Sequence record: ON287376.1
Reading direction: 5' to 3' (one strand)
DNA: 64,000 nucleotides
Part shown: positions 28,559 through 38,209 of the stretch, one piece after another
Layout: the number at the start of each line of letters is the position of its first letter
How positions within the stretch are numbered: the stretch's first letter is position 1
The notes under the pieces: generated by a model
Seen by the model: the letters and a program-made list of their open reading frames with translations, nothing else
What the model was told of the DNA's origin: nothing
Databases searched by the model: none
Program-made: the position numbers and the translations under genes

Positions 28559-28840
28559 ATGGTACGTCAAGAAGCACGCTTCCACATGGCCATGTTACTT
28601 GCGCAGTATTCTAATCGGATTGCGAACCGCTTTGAAAGCTCGTTCGAACATCGTGAAAGAGTACGGTCAAGTAACAAAGCGGAAATGCTAGAGATCAACG
28701 AGTTCTGGTCAGGGGTACTCAAGAACGATTCCCCTGAAGCATCGCGATATTGCGAAACCCTTCCTGTTGATCGCGGCATTGACGTCTGGTTGGATAGCTT
28801 CAACTCCAAAGTGCTTACCTATATCTTACGATACTGGTAA
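28559..28840 (+). CDS. Small conserved hypothetical protein
   Basis: 93 aa, AAGGAG RBS. Confidence 0.7.
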   Translation: MVRQEARFHMAMLLAQYSNRIANRFESSFEHRERVRSSNKAEMLEINEFWSGVLKNDSPEASRYCETLPVDRGIDVWLDSFNSKVLTYILRYW

Positions 28841-28855
28841 CTGAGGGTCATCGAT

Positions 28856-29350
28856 GTGGCCAAATATAAAATCATGGTATCGGGTTGTAGGGGATACATC
28901 CGATACTATCAATTCGCTAAGTTGATGGATAAGCTCCTAAAGCGCTTTCCTAAAGATGAAGTTATTATCATCGAAGGGGGCGCTAAGGGAACTGATTACT
29001 TAGCTTTCCTCTATGCTTTGCGTCGTGGTTATAAGTGTTTAACTTTTACCGCAGATTGGGACAACCTCGGTCCGAGTGCGGGATACATTCGTAATGCAGA
29101 GATGTTAGAGATCGCCACGCATTGTGCAACCTTCTGGGATGGCAAGAGTAAAGGAACTGCTCACGTTGTACAGAACGCACATCGTTATGACGTCGCACAT
29201 CGCGCATTCACTATCGAGATTCCTAAAAATGAAAAACAGAGAAAAGGCAACAGCACTTGGCGTAAAGCTAATGGCAGAACTCTTTCCAAAATCCGGCAAC
29301 GACACCATGCTCAAAGCCGACCTGGAAAAGTTGAGCGACCAGCAGTTTGA
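28856..29350 (+). CDS. YspA/DUF2493-like SLOG-family protein
   Basis: IMVSGCR, IIEGGAKGTD, ADWDNLGPSAGYIRNAEM, FWDGKSKGT motifs. Confidence 0.8.
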   Translation: MAKYKIMVSGCRGYIRYYQFAKLMDKLLKRFPKDEVIIIEGGAKGTDYLAFLYALRRGYKCLTFTADWDNLGPSAGYIRNAEMLEIATHCATFWDGKSKGTAHVVQNAHRYDVAHRAFTIEIPKNEKQRKGNSTWRKANGRTLSKIRQRHHAQSRPGKVERPAV

Positions 29351-29906
29351 AGAATTGATGGGACAGATCGCAGCCGGTCGCCCTGTTATTTCTGCAACGA
29401 TTCCTAACATCTCAGGGATCACGCTGAACAACGCTCACTTCAAAGCGATCGGTGATAAATGGGGTGTGGAATTCTTCCACCACCTGATTATGACTGACCC
29501 GGAGACTAACCGTGAGTTCGTTACTCCGCTTCGGTACATGATCGTTCGTGAAGGTGTTGTTCGTCTCCAGCAGATGATCGAGGATAAACAATCTATCCCA
29601 GACGATACTACTCATGTAGACGATTTGACTGGTCAGGTAACAGGGCCGTCCAAAGGTTCTAAGCTGTCCTTCGTGGAAACTAACAACCTGCGTGGCCGTG
29701 GCTTCCTTAAAGTCATTCTGGAAACGATCTCTGTTCGTGGCGGTGACGAAGCCGCTAACCTTAAGTTCGAAGAAGACATCGCTCTCACTGGTGAGGGTAG
29801 TGTAGAAGTAGCGAAAGAGTATGGTAGTGGTGTAACAGCTACTCGTAACTTTGCTACCATTCTTCGTGTTGCTCACCTGGATAACACGCTGGACAAAGGT
29901 TTATGA
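29229..29906 (+). CDS. rpoB: Virion RNA polymerase beta subunit, C-terminal fragment (phiKZ gp149-like)
   Basis: QMIEDKQSIP..DDLTGQVTGPSKGSKLSFVE..ETISVRGGD aligns with the bacterial beta C-terminus (HLVDDKMHARS..GEME..TVKSDD); start set at ATG 29229. Confidence 0.8.
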   Translation: MKNREKATALGVKLMAELFPKSGNDTMLKADLEKLSDQQFEELMGQIAAGRPVISATIPNISGITLNNAHFKAIGDKWGVEFFHHLIMTDPETNREFVTPLRYMIVREGVVRLQQMIEDKQSIPDDTTHVDDLTGQVTGPSKGSKLSFVETNNLRGRGFLKVILETISVRGGDEAANLKFEEDIALTGEGSVEVAKEYGSGVTATRNFATILRVAHLDNTLDKGL

Positions 29907-30382
29907 TCAAAGAACATTTAGAGTTGCTTGCCGGCCAGGTAAACGACTATCATGAGCGATACATGAGTCGTTATGGTAGTGACGAGCAGACGTTGAATCG
30001 CATCGCAGCTTTCGCTAGCCGGTTCTCTGCCATGTCCCATATTCACACCCTGACTACCAAAGAAAGCCTAACGGCAGTAGCCAAGGAAATGTTTGCTTAC
30101 GAAGAGCTGACAGAATACGTGATGGGTATGCGGTACGCTGCACTGGCTATCTTTACCAAAGACGAACTCTTCGCTATCGCAGACTCGTATGCCGCCAGTA
30201 TTTCAAATGGCAGCTGGGGACGCACGGGTTCAATGGCTAGTCGCCCTAATCTATCGGTACTGCCGACAGACGATACGATCTGGCAGACAACCTACGAAGA
30301 CGTCTCTAACCTTTTCAGAGATAACATCTGGATCATTCCTCTGTTAACTCTGGGGCTAGTGGAGATCTGGAAGGAGATCTAA
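29903..30382 (+). CDS. Conserved hypothetical protein
   Basis: 159 aa, ATGA-coupled to the upstream gene. Confidence 0.7.
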   Translation: MIKEHLELLAGQVNDYHERYMSRYGSDEQTLNRIAAFASRFSAMSHIHTLTTKESLTAVAKEMFAYEELTEYVMGMRYAALAIFTKDELFAIADSYAASISNGSWGRTGSMASRPNLSVLPTDDTIWQTTYEDVSNLFRDNIWIIPLLTLGLVEIWKEI

Positions 30383-31083
30383 TGGATCGCGTTAAGATAC
30401 TACTCAGTATGGACGATCTCTTTGATACTCGACTTTCAACGGCATTGCGGTTGAATCAGAAGAAGGGTATTAACCTGATTAAAAACGGATATGGACGCCG
30501 GCGTGGTGACTGGGTAATTTGGGAAGGTCTGGGGATTACTGAAGACCAGTGGCGAGCAGCTTACGCTAATCGCGATAACGAAACGCTTAAACGTTCAATC
30601 CGTTCTAAGTTAGTTAACGTTATACTGGAAGTTGCACTGGATGCAGATAAAGGGCCAAGGAACGAGATTTCAAAATCCAATATGGAGATTGTAATTAACG
30701 AGTGGCCTTATTCCATGACGTCGAAAGTGAAAGCAGACTTCGTTAAGATGTTCTCTCACTTAGTTCCGCCAAATATCCCTGTCGGATTTATTAGAAGAGC
30801 CCCAAAGTTACTTACGCCCAAGTTTGTAACTGAGAGCTTCACCCACTTCATCAACTACGACATGATCAATTGGATTGATCTTCATTTGCAAACGGAAGAA
30901 GATTGCAACATGTTGAAACTGGAGTTGATTGGACCTCAGCTGTTCCAGTGTAAGCCGGACGTAGAAGACTTCGCTTTGTTTAAGGGTGTTATTGATGACG
31001 TTCACCGATTGGCTGAGCAATATGTTAGCCCGTCCATGTCAGTGCGCTATATTAGCACTGAGTACTTCAACACGCCGTTTTAA
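30382..31083 (+). CDS. Conserved hypothetical protein with degenerate HAD-like N-terminal motif
   Basis: ILLSMDDLFDTR; TAATG coupling; AAGGAG RBS. Confidence 0.55.
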   Translation: MDRVKILLSMDDLFDTRLSTALRLNQKKGINLIKNGYGRRRGDWVIWEGLGITEDQWRAAYANRDNETLKRSIRSKLVNVILEVALDADKGPRNEISKSNMEIVINEWPYSMTSKVKADFVKMFSHLVPPNIPVGFIRRAPKLLTPKFVTESFTHFINYDMINWIDLHLQTEEDCNMLKLELIGPQLFQCKPDVEDFALFKGVIDDVHRLAEQYVSPSMSVRYISTEYFNTPF

Positions 31084-31090
31084 CGTCATA

Positions 31091-31114
31091 GGTGGAGGGA
31101 AGTTACCCTCCACC
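31091..31114. terminator. Hairpin between convergent genes
   Basis: GGTGGAGGG-AAGTTA-CCCTCCACC. Confidence 0.7.
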
Positions 31115-31118
31115 CTTG

Positions 31119-31643
31119 TTAGCCTTTACGCAGGTCTTCGTGAGCGTTTTCCATACGTTCAAAGAACTCGGAGGAACTTTCCTCTTTCTTATCGATGACC
31201 AATTCAGAGTCATCAATATCGTCAAACTCGGCTGCCATGTTCAGGGAGAAGACTTTATCGTCTCGAGTAGGCTTACCTGCATACATCGACTCGATTGGAG
31301 TTTCGCCACGTACAACGCGAGTAGACATCTCTTCCAGCAAGTGAGCAATACGCTCGTCGTTCTCGTTGGCTTTGTCAGCCACCTGAATACGTTTCTTGCC
31401 GATGACCTGTTTATCGATACCGTCGAGCAGTTTACTGAGGCTGTTGATAGAGTCTTTATCCGTAGGGACTTTACCATCCGTCACCAACTGATTTACCGCC
31501 ATCATACGGATACTCTGCGTAAACTCTAAACGATCATCGTCGTTACCAGGGAAACCCTCAGCGACACGAGAAGATTGGAATTCCCCTTCCTTCACCTCTT
31601 CGAAGGTTTCAACCTTTTCATATCCAGACATAGTCAGCTCCAT
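31119..31643 (-). CDS. Hypothetical acidic protein
   Basis: 174-aa ORF filling the gap between a hairpin and a divergent AT-rich spacer. Confidence 0.65.
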   Translation of the reverse strand: MELTMSGYEKVETFEEVKEGEFQSSRVAEGFPGNDDDRLEFTQSIRMMAVNQLVTDGKVPTDKDSINSLSKLLDGIDKQVIGKKRIQVADKANENDERIAHLLEEMSTRVVRGETPIESMYAGKPTRDDKVFSLNMAAEFDDIDDSELVIDKKEESSSEFFERMENAHEDLRKG

Positions 31644-31656
31644 TTTTATTTAAACA

Positions 31657-31664
31657 TATATTAC
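31657..31664 (+). promoter_or_regulatory. Candidate early promoter core
   Basis: TATATTAC, matching the phiKZ early consensus as recalled, in an AT-rich spacer upstream of 31706. Confidence 0.45.
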
Positions 31665-31705
31665 ATTAATGATAGGCATATTAAATCTAAAGCGAGGAAA
31701 CTGTT

Positions 31706-32218
31706 ATGTTTTCGTTCATCAACGAGTTCATGCGTAAACGTAAGGTGAAGAAGGCCTTGTCACTGCTGAGCTCCCCAGAAGGAGAAATTGAATTTGAACC
31801 AGAAACTATCCGTGTTGTATTTGAAGCTGTATCCGCTACACTCGATGAGTCACAAAACGGGTTAAGCATTTATGGCACCCTTATCCAGATGCACCATGAA
31901 CCTGAGTTCTTGCTGGAGAAGTTGGCTGTTGCTAACGACGCTATTCTCAATGCAGAAGAGTTCGAGCACTTCAGTCGACTGAGTAAGTTCAACAAGTTTG
32001 AGCTCAGAACATGGCTTGTGGATAGTGAAAAGAACCGTCTTGATTATTATGCTTTTATTAAGGCGATAACAACGATGGTGCAGGTCAACGTAGAATATTT
32101 AGATGAGGTAAAAGACCGAGTCAATAAAGTTCGCTATCGCGTGTATCTTGATTTATTATACACAATTCATTGCGATTGTTTAACGTTGGCTGAACTGCAC
32201 TTACGTAAATACGGTTAA
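31706..32218 (+). CDS. Hypothetical protein
   Basis: 170 aa, GAGGA RBS. Confidence 0.7.
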   Translation: MFSFINEFMRKRKVKKALSLLSSPEGEIEFEPETIRVVFEAVSATLDESQNGLSIYGTLIQMHHEPEFLLEKLAVANDAILNAEEFEHFSRLSKFNKFELRTWLVDSEKNRLDYYAFIKAITTMVQVNVEYLDEVKDRVNKVRYRVYLDLLYTIHCDCLTLAELHLRKYG

Positions 32219-32236
32219 TTTTAAAAGGTATTATAC

Positions 32237-32995
32237 ATGCGTCCTGGACTGCCCCTCCGGTTTCGCACGGCTGAAGAAACTCACCGGATCTCTGACCATG
32301 AATACAGCGGACCAATGAATCTGCTGGCGTTGATGTTCAGGAAGGTCAAAGGTGATCTCGCGATTAACTCAGCTATGTGGTCTAACCTCATGAACCGGTA
32401 TCTTAAAGATCCCCGTAATGAGGTGACACAAACATCTCGTGGTCGTTCATCCGAACGGTCTAACCTTAATCGTGGTTTGACTCACCCTGAGATGTCCATC
32501 AAGGTTTTCATAAAGGGATTGAGAGTGCTGAATCCAAAGCACTTGAAGTTCACTATCCTCTTAGTTCATTTGGACGGGTCTAAGACCTCCCATAAAGTAG
32601 AGATGGATCCAGAAGACCTGTACCAGCATTACCACAATGAAAAATACCCAACGCGTTTAAACGTACTTCATCAGTTGTTCCTTGATATCCGTAAGACGGT
32701 AACGCCGACTGAGGAAGATTGGAATCGCGCCATGAAATCCTATCTGGAAGACCCCGGTAATGATTTCGATGATAAAAACAAGTTGCGTAGTAGTGAGAGG
32801 TCGAATGTCAATCGCGGGCTAAATAACCCAGACATGTCCTCTAAAATCTTTACCAAGGGTTTGAAGGTTATTAACCCGGCCCAGATTTACTTCACGTTGG
32901 AACTCGAATTCCCCGGCGAACAGATTACTCACCACGAAGTAAGAATGGAAGGTAATCATCTGTACATCGCAGGCGGTGACGAGCAGGACGACTGA
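32237..32995 (+). CDS. Hypothetical protein made of two homologous domains
   Basis: W..xM..YL.DP.N...RSSERSN(L/V)NRGL..P(E/D)MS.K(V/I)F.KGL occurs twice. Confidence 0.75.
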   Translation: MRPGLPLRFRTAEETHRISDHEYSGPMNLLALMFRKVKGDLAINSAMWSNLMNRYLKDPRNEVTQTSRGRSSERSNLNRGLTHPEMSIKVFIKGLRVLNPKHLKFTILLVHLDGSKTSHKVEMDPEDLYQHYHNEKYPTRLNVLHQLFLDIRKTVTPTEEDWNRAMKSYLEDPGNDFDDKNKLRSSERSNVNRGLNNPDMSSKIFTKGLKVINPAQIYFTLELEFPGEQITHHEVRMEGNHLYIAGGDEQDD

Positions 32996-33002
32996 GAAAT
33001 AC

Positions 33003-33025
33003 AAGAGGGGCGAAAGCCTCTCTTT
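33003..33025 (+). terminator. Intrinsic terminator with GAAA loop
   Basis: AAGAGGGGC-GAAA-GCCTCTCTT-T. Confidence 0.75.
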
Positions 33026-33084
33026 ATTCTGTCCTTTATTGGATTGAACTCGTTTCCTATGCACTTACAACGAGGACTATTCCG

Positions 33085-33339
33085 ATGGCTAAAGCTTTCA
33101 ATACCAAAGCCTTAATGGATGATGTTTACGCGCAAGTGGATTCTTTCATGGAAACTAACCCTACGAAAGCCGACACTGCAGAATTCATGGAAAGAATCGT
33201 TAAACAAATCATGTCTACTCTAGCCAGTCGAGAAGAGAAGATTAAGGCAATCGCTGATACGTTCAGTCACGCATTAGCGCAACGACAAAAGGCAACAGGG
33301 TTCCGAGGTTTCATCACTCGGTTATTATCAAGGGAGTAA
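33085..33339 (+). CDS. Small hypothetical protein
   Basis: 84 aa, GAGGA RBS. Confidence 0.7.
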   Translation: MAKAFNTKALMDDVYAQVDSFMETNPTKADTAEFMERIVKQIMSTLASREEKIKAIADTFSHALAQRQKATGFRGFITRLLSRE

Positions 33340-33342
33340 ATA

Positions 33343-34413
33343 ATGGCCCTTAGCATAGACGCTTTCAAAAATACGGTAAAGGATAGTGCGGGTGAAGTCA
33401 GGGATACAGTCCAGACATCCTCCTCCATCTTTTCCACATCAGTAAACGACAGTATGGTGGCCGTCGACGGCTACGGTAAAACCCAAGAGCAAGTTCTCAG
33501 TAACATGCGCAATGGTATCTTGGATCGACTGGGCGCAACCAAAGACTGGTTGTTGAACACGAAGATCTTTGACCTGGGGTCGTTGAATGATGCCTTGACT
33601 TCGGCTAAAGGAATCAAGGATGACGCGACGGCGTTAACTAAACAGCTGTCGGATGAGATTGGTACTAACATCAATAGCATCCGTGGGATTAGCGATAATG
33701 TTATCTCTACAGCTACCAGTACACTAAACGAAATCAACCAGTCAGTAAACGATACGTTCAGTACTATCAATGGCGTGAAGTATGACGTCACTGCCGGTAC
33801 TTACGGTAACGTCGTTAATGACTTCATCAACTCAGTTAACCGTTTGCTGTACGATGGTAAACAAACCTACGAAAATATCGTGGATAAGTTTGCCAATGAT
33901 TCTCTGAAAGGAAGTATCCTTGAGAACTCATCTTCTCTGGGATTGACCAACATCATCGATGGCGTTTACCAATCAGATCCAGGTAACCCTATCCTGATGC
34001 GGTCATTGTCTAACGGGCTTGAAGAAGCTCTGTTGACAGGCGACATTCGGACGATCAATTCCATCGTCCATAACCTGGGCGCCAATTACGTCATGGTAAG
34101 GCACCCTAACATCATTCGGGATATTCTGACCAACTATACTTATCCGGTAGGCACAACGCCTAACGAGTATAAGGCTGAGGCTGACGTTCTCATTGATACG
34201 CTCAACTTCCTCAATCCAGATTGGAACAAAGCAGTCGGAGCACCTTACCTGAATCGTAACATCTCGGTCTTCCGTGATGCATCGACGAAAGCAAAGGCGG
34301 TATTGATTTCAAGACCTGAGTACGCGTACCAGATTAAAATTGCTGATCGCTACCCATCTCAAGATATCAATTCGATTGCACGCACAATGTACCCAATGGG
34401 TGCTTTTAGTTAA
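33343..34413 (+). CDS. Probable virion (tail) protein
   Basis: 356 aa, GGGAG RBS; S/T/N-rich helical N-terminus; near the tail hub and tape measure genes. Confidence 0.5.
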   Translation: MALSIDAFKNTVKDSAGEVRDTVQTSSSIFSTSVNDSMVAVDGYGKTQEQVLSNMRNGILDRLGATKDWLLNTKIFDLGSLNDALTSAKGIKDDATALTKQLSDEIGTNINSIRGISDNVISTATSTLNEINQSVNDTFSTINGVKYDVTAGTYGNVVNDFINSVNRLLYDGKQTYENIVDKFANDSLKGSILENSSSLGLTNIIDGVYQSDPGNPILMRSLSNGLEEALLTGDIRTINSIVHNLGANYVMVRHPNIIRDILTNYTYPVGTTPNEYKAEADVLIDTLNFLNPDWNKAVGAPYLNRNISVFRDASTKAKAVLISRPEYAYQIKIADRYPSQDINSIARTMYPMGAFS

Positions 34414-34475
34414 TAGATCCCTCCTCCTGTTTGGGAGGAGGGGTATGTCGAGTTATTACCTAAAAGGAGTTATTC

Positions 34476-35072
34476 ATGAAAGCTTTTGAAGATTTAACTA
34501 ATAAGCAATACGGTCGTTTAACTGTGGTTGGATTGTCAGGTATGTCAGGACACTCCAGATGGAAGTGTATCTGCTCCTGTGGCGTTATTACTTATTCATG
34601 CACCGGTAACTTGGTTTCCGGTAGAAAACAGTCCTGTGGCTGTCTGAAGGTCGAGAAAGCCCGTGCTCAGCATAAAGGTACCGGTAAAAAGAAAAACGGA
34701 GATTATACTTGGACTGCCTGGTATAACCTAATCTATAATCGCACCTTCAACGCTGCAGAAGGTAATGGTATTGAGCAGGTCGATCCTCGTTGGTTGGAAT
34801 ACCAAAACTTCAAAGAAGATTTAGGCGAGAAGCCAGGTAAGGGATATTACCTACATCGCATCGACGCCAATAAACCTTACAACAAGGATAACTGTAAGTG
34901 GAGTAAGATGCCTACCGGTAAACGTAAAGTCTTTTACTACAATACCAAACACAAGCACCCGGATACCAATGAAACGGTGGCTCAACTTTCCCGTAGACTA
35001 GATATCTCTACTGGAACTATTTACGGCAGACTCCGCCGCGGGTTGTCAATTTTAGAAGCAATTGAAAAGTAA
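34476..35072 (+). mobile_element. Free-standing HNH-type homing-endonuclease-like gene
   Basis: DLTNKQYGRLTV..WKCICSCG..NLVSGRKQSCGC N-terminus; W..YQNFKEDLGEKP..LHRID..YNKDNCKW core; C-terminal HTH. Confidence 0.75.
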
Positions 35073-35084
35073 AAGGAGAATGTC

Positions 35085-35480
35085 ATGGAACCAGGTGTTA
35101 TCACTGTCCATTATAACACGTTGGAAGATGGCGATCAGAAGGTCTTGTTCAAACCGATCGATTCTTTGTTGAGTATCAAGGAAGGGTGCGAATATGTAGT
35201 CGCGTCCATTGTCTGCGACGATTCTGATCGTGGAGGGATTTGTGGCGTATTCCGGATCGATGAGCGTAAGAACTTCCCTACCAAGTATTGCGTAAACTAC
35301 ATCCACAGACACCTTATCGAAAAGGTCGTTCAGGGTGCAGGGGAAGATGCTCAACTGGCGTGCTTCTATTTAAAGATACTCAGCCGCATTGGCGACACAA
35401 TTCACGTCGTCGACTATTTCGGTGAAGAGAAGTTTTTCACCATTCGTCCAGAAGGCCTTTATAAACCATCCATTCATTGA
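35085..35480 (+). CDS. Hypothetical protein
   Basis: 131 aa, AAGGAG RBS; lies between two HNH-like genes. Confidence 0.65.
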   Translation: MEPGVITVHYNTLEDGDQKVLFKPIDSLLSIKEGCEYVVASIVCDDSDRGGICGVFRIDERKNFPTKYCVNYIHRHLIEKVVQGAGEDAQLACFYLKILSRIGDTIHVVDYFGEEKFFTIRPEGLYKPSIH

Positions 35481-35935
35481 TAGGGGGAGTCGTGAATAGT
35501 TTCGTAGCAGATATTTTAAAGAAATCCAATAAACTCCAACAAGAGAAATTCAACGATAAAGTCGCACGTTCATCTTACGTTGAGTGGAGTAAGTTACTCG
35601 ACAAGTTCTCGAAGGAGACACACAAGCCTTGGTTGGAATCCTACGATATCTTCTTAATGGATAACGGAGAGCCGCCAAGTAATCACTACAGACTAGCTCG
35701 TCTAGATAACCAACGTCCATTCGAACCAGGGAACGTTATCTGGATTGGACCTAAAGGCGCACAGTACAGTAAGAACCGTCCTTACAGTCACCGTAGTAAT
35801 TCTAAACGGGTTGAGTGGGAAGGTGTTCTCTATACCGTTCCTGAATTCGCCGCCAAGTTCGGTTTATCTGCGCATACCGTCTATTGGCGTATGCGTCACT
35901 GGCCTAAGAAAGATTGGGCTGGTCGTGTCTCCTGA
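35477..35935 (+). mobile_element. Second, probably degenerate HNH-like/HTH gene
   Basis: WLESYDIFLMDNGEPP..LARLDNQRPFEPGNVIW parallels 34476; lacks the Cys-rich N-terminus; C-terminal HTH (TVPEFAAKFGLSAHTVYWRM). Confidence 0.6.
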
Positions 35936-35946
35936 AAAGGGGACAC

Positions 35947-35979
35947 AAAGAAAGGGCATTGCGCCCTTTCTTTTTTTTT
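35947..35979. terminator. Terminator between convergent genes
   Basis: AAAGAAAGGGC-ATTGC-GCCCTTTCTTT plus long T run. Confidence 0.8.
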
Positions 35980-35985
35980 GTGTTT

Positions 35986-38154
35986 TTACAGACCACGATC
36001 GGTTCGTGACAACGCAGAAAGCAAAGACCCTACTCGGTTACCCGAGAAGATGGTGTTCACTACGTTGCTGTACGAGAAGAACTTATCAAATGCTGCCAGG
36101 TTACGGTTCCAGTTACGTTTGAAACGACTTAGCATGTAGACCTGAGTCTGCAAGTCCAGGCTAGAGAGAACGCTCGTATAAGACCCGTAGGAAGAATCCT
36201 GAGGGAAGAGCATACGACTCCAGTTGGTTGGGTCGAAACTACGCAGACCGAACGCCTCGTTCATTGGCATCGACATTACTGAAGAAAGATCAGTAATAGT
36301 CAATCGAACATCTACGCCCAGGTATTCGCCGTTCTGAGTCCAAGGCATATTAGACGTAGCACGAGTAATATCTACCGCAGTGATCATCCCTAACGGAATA
36401 GAACACCGACCTTGGCAATAGAACTCACCAATGAATGGTTGACCGTAAGTAGCAGCACCCGTTGCACGAGGCAGAACACCGCAAAGCAACATGACCAGTG
36501 GTAAGATCTCATTCTGGAAACGAACCACGTTGTCAGCGCACCACGCCCTCAGAGGAATCGTAATCGACATCTGGTTAAACGTAGCACTAGACGTATCGTA
36601 GTGTTTAGGGATATCAGCAAATGCGTTACCTGCCAGTACACCCAACCCGGAGATATGCAAGGAGTCAGCAACACCCGAGACAATATCCTTCATCGTATCC
36701 ATGATCATCCCAATACCTGGAATGTCAGAGAAGTTACCGTCAGCAAATTTGAACCGCATGGAGCGAGCACGTTCAGACGTGGAGTTGATTGCAGATTCCA
36801 AGTCAGAAGCACGTACGGAGTTACTGAAACTTTCGTTAGCTGATTGACGACCGTCGATACGGAAACTCACCCACTGCGTACCATCGTGCTGTGCAGCCTT
36901 AAAGGTAGCCCAGGCGCGTTCTAAGGTATCGCTTGAGAAGTAGTCCTTAACAGACTCATAAGCTGCCTCAATGCTGTTCCCTAACGATTCCATCATACCC
37001 GGATCATTGACCGGGTTTCCGTTCTCGTCAGTTGCAGTTACCGGAGCTGTGGTATCGATAGTTGCTTCACCGCCACTGGTAGGAGCAGCAGTGTTAGCTG
37101 TTGTGTCCCCACTAGCGCCACCGGTAGAAACAGTAACAACCGGACGAAGCTGACCATCGGATTCCTTAAAGTAGGCATCCAGGAAATCTTCAGTAGTTGC
37201 GTACTCTTTACGACGAGCTCGACCCAGTGTCGCACTAGCGCCACCGAATGTCATCCAGTTATAGATAGCACCCACTACGCCGTTACCGTTGCTCTGGTTA
37301 TTAGCAGCAATCTGGTTAACTGCGTTATGCCAAGCATCTGCATAAGCCTGAGCACGAGAAGCCACAGCGTATACGTCGATACCTGTCAGGCCTTCACTAC
37401 GATAGACTGGAGGAATCATGGCGTCGTATGCTTGGCGTTCCCTTGCACCTACTTGGAAAGCATTCTTAGCAGCCGCTTCGAGGCTACCTGTACCGGGGTC
37501 AGTTTCCATCCCTGCAGTACCGTTCAGGTCAGCGGTGTTAGCCAACTGCAGCCATGCGTCAGCAGGCTGAGCAACCATGTCCAGGTTAGTACCGATGGTG
37601 TTAGCGAAGTCGTTAACATATTTCCAGTACAAACCCATTTCAGGCTTCAGGTAATAGAACTTAGTCGAAACTGTACCGGAGAACCATTTCAGTGCTGAGA
37701 AAGTAAGGATGTACGGAACAAACCTTACAGAGAATGCCCAGCCCAATGCTTTACCGATCAAAGTACCGATACTCTGACCGCGACCAGTACGAACCAGTCG
37801 AGAATCATCTGAGCTATAGAAGTTCGAGAAGAACGAGCTCAGGGAGTTAAAGATTGGAATACCGAAGCGCATGTGTAACAACACGGCGTTGTCATCGATA
37901 TTCTCAGAATAGAAGTGTCCCATCCCTTCGCCGATATCGACGTAGCGTTTAAGGATCGGGTCGCCGTGGTTACAATACTGCGGCGGAGCATTGATGGCAA
38001 AGTTACCACCCATGGTTGTATCGGTGTACTTGTAATAGGCACTGGTGAATGTGCGATAATACATATCGTCCTCTTCGATAGCACCTTCAGGGAGTAGCAA
38101 TCCCTGTCGTATCCAATCGCTATCGCTGATAACGTCGCTATTAACTTGGGCCAT
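35986..38154 (-). CDS. Tail/baseplate hub protein (phiKZ gp182-like)
   Basis: 722 aa downstream of the tape measure gene; 'YTDTTMGGNFAINAPPQY', 'HMRFGIPIFNSL', 'LGMITAVDITRA' patterns. Confidence 0.7.
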   Translation of the reverse strand: MAQVNSDVISDSDWIRQGLLLPEGAIEEDDMYYRTFTSAYYKYTDTTMGGNFAINAPPQYCNHGDPILKRYVDIGEGMGHFYSENIDDNAVLLHMRFGIPIFNSLSSFFSNFYSSDDSRLVRTGRGQSIGTLIGKALGWAFSVRFVPYILTFSALKWFSGTVSTKFYYLKPEMGLYWKYVNDFANTIGTNLDMVAQPADAWLQLANTADLNGTAGMETDPGTGSLEAAAKNAFQVGARERQAYDAMIPPVYRSEGLTGIDVYAVASRAQAYADAWHNAVNQIAANNQSNGNGVVGAIYNWMTFGGASATLGRARRKEYATTEDFLDAYFKESDGQLRPVVTVSTGGASGDTTANTAAPTSGGEATIDTTAPVTATDENGNPVNDPGMMESLGNSIEAAYESVKDYFSSDTLERAWATFKAAQHDGTQWVSFRIDGRQSANESFSNSVRASDLESAINSTSERARSMRFKFADGNFSDIPGIGMIMDTMKDIVSGVADSLHISGLGVLAGNAFADIPKHYDTSSATFNQMSITIPLRAWCADNVVRFQNEILPLVMLLCGVLPRATGAATYGQPFIGEFYCQGRCSIPLGMITAVDITRATSNMPWTQNGEYLGVDVRLTITDLSSVMSMPMNEAFGLRSFDPTNWSRMLFPQDSSYGSYTSVLSSLDLQTQVYMLSRFKRNWNRNLAAFDKFFSYSNVVNTIFSGNRVGSLLSALSRTDRGL

Positions 38155-38176
38155 TTTAAGTCCTCGATGAAAAAGG

Positions 38177-38200
38177 TGGGAGAGGAGTTACCCTCTCCCA
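38177..38200 (-). terminator. Hairpin after the tape measure gene
   Basis: TGGGAGAGG-AGTTAC-CCTCTCCCA, with an A run on the + strand giving a minus-strand U tract. Confidence 0.65.
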
Positions 38201-38209
38201 ATTATTAGA

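Noticed and set aside
27614-28585. 323-aa antisense ORF over uvsX
   Set aside because: Shadow frame of a conserved gene; non-protein-like composition.
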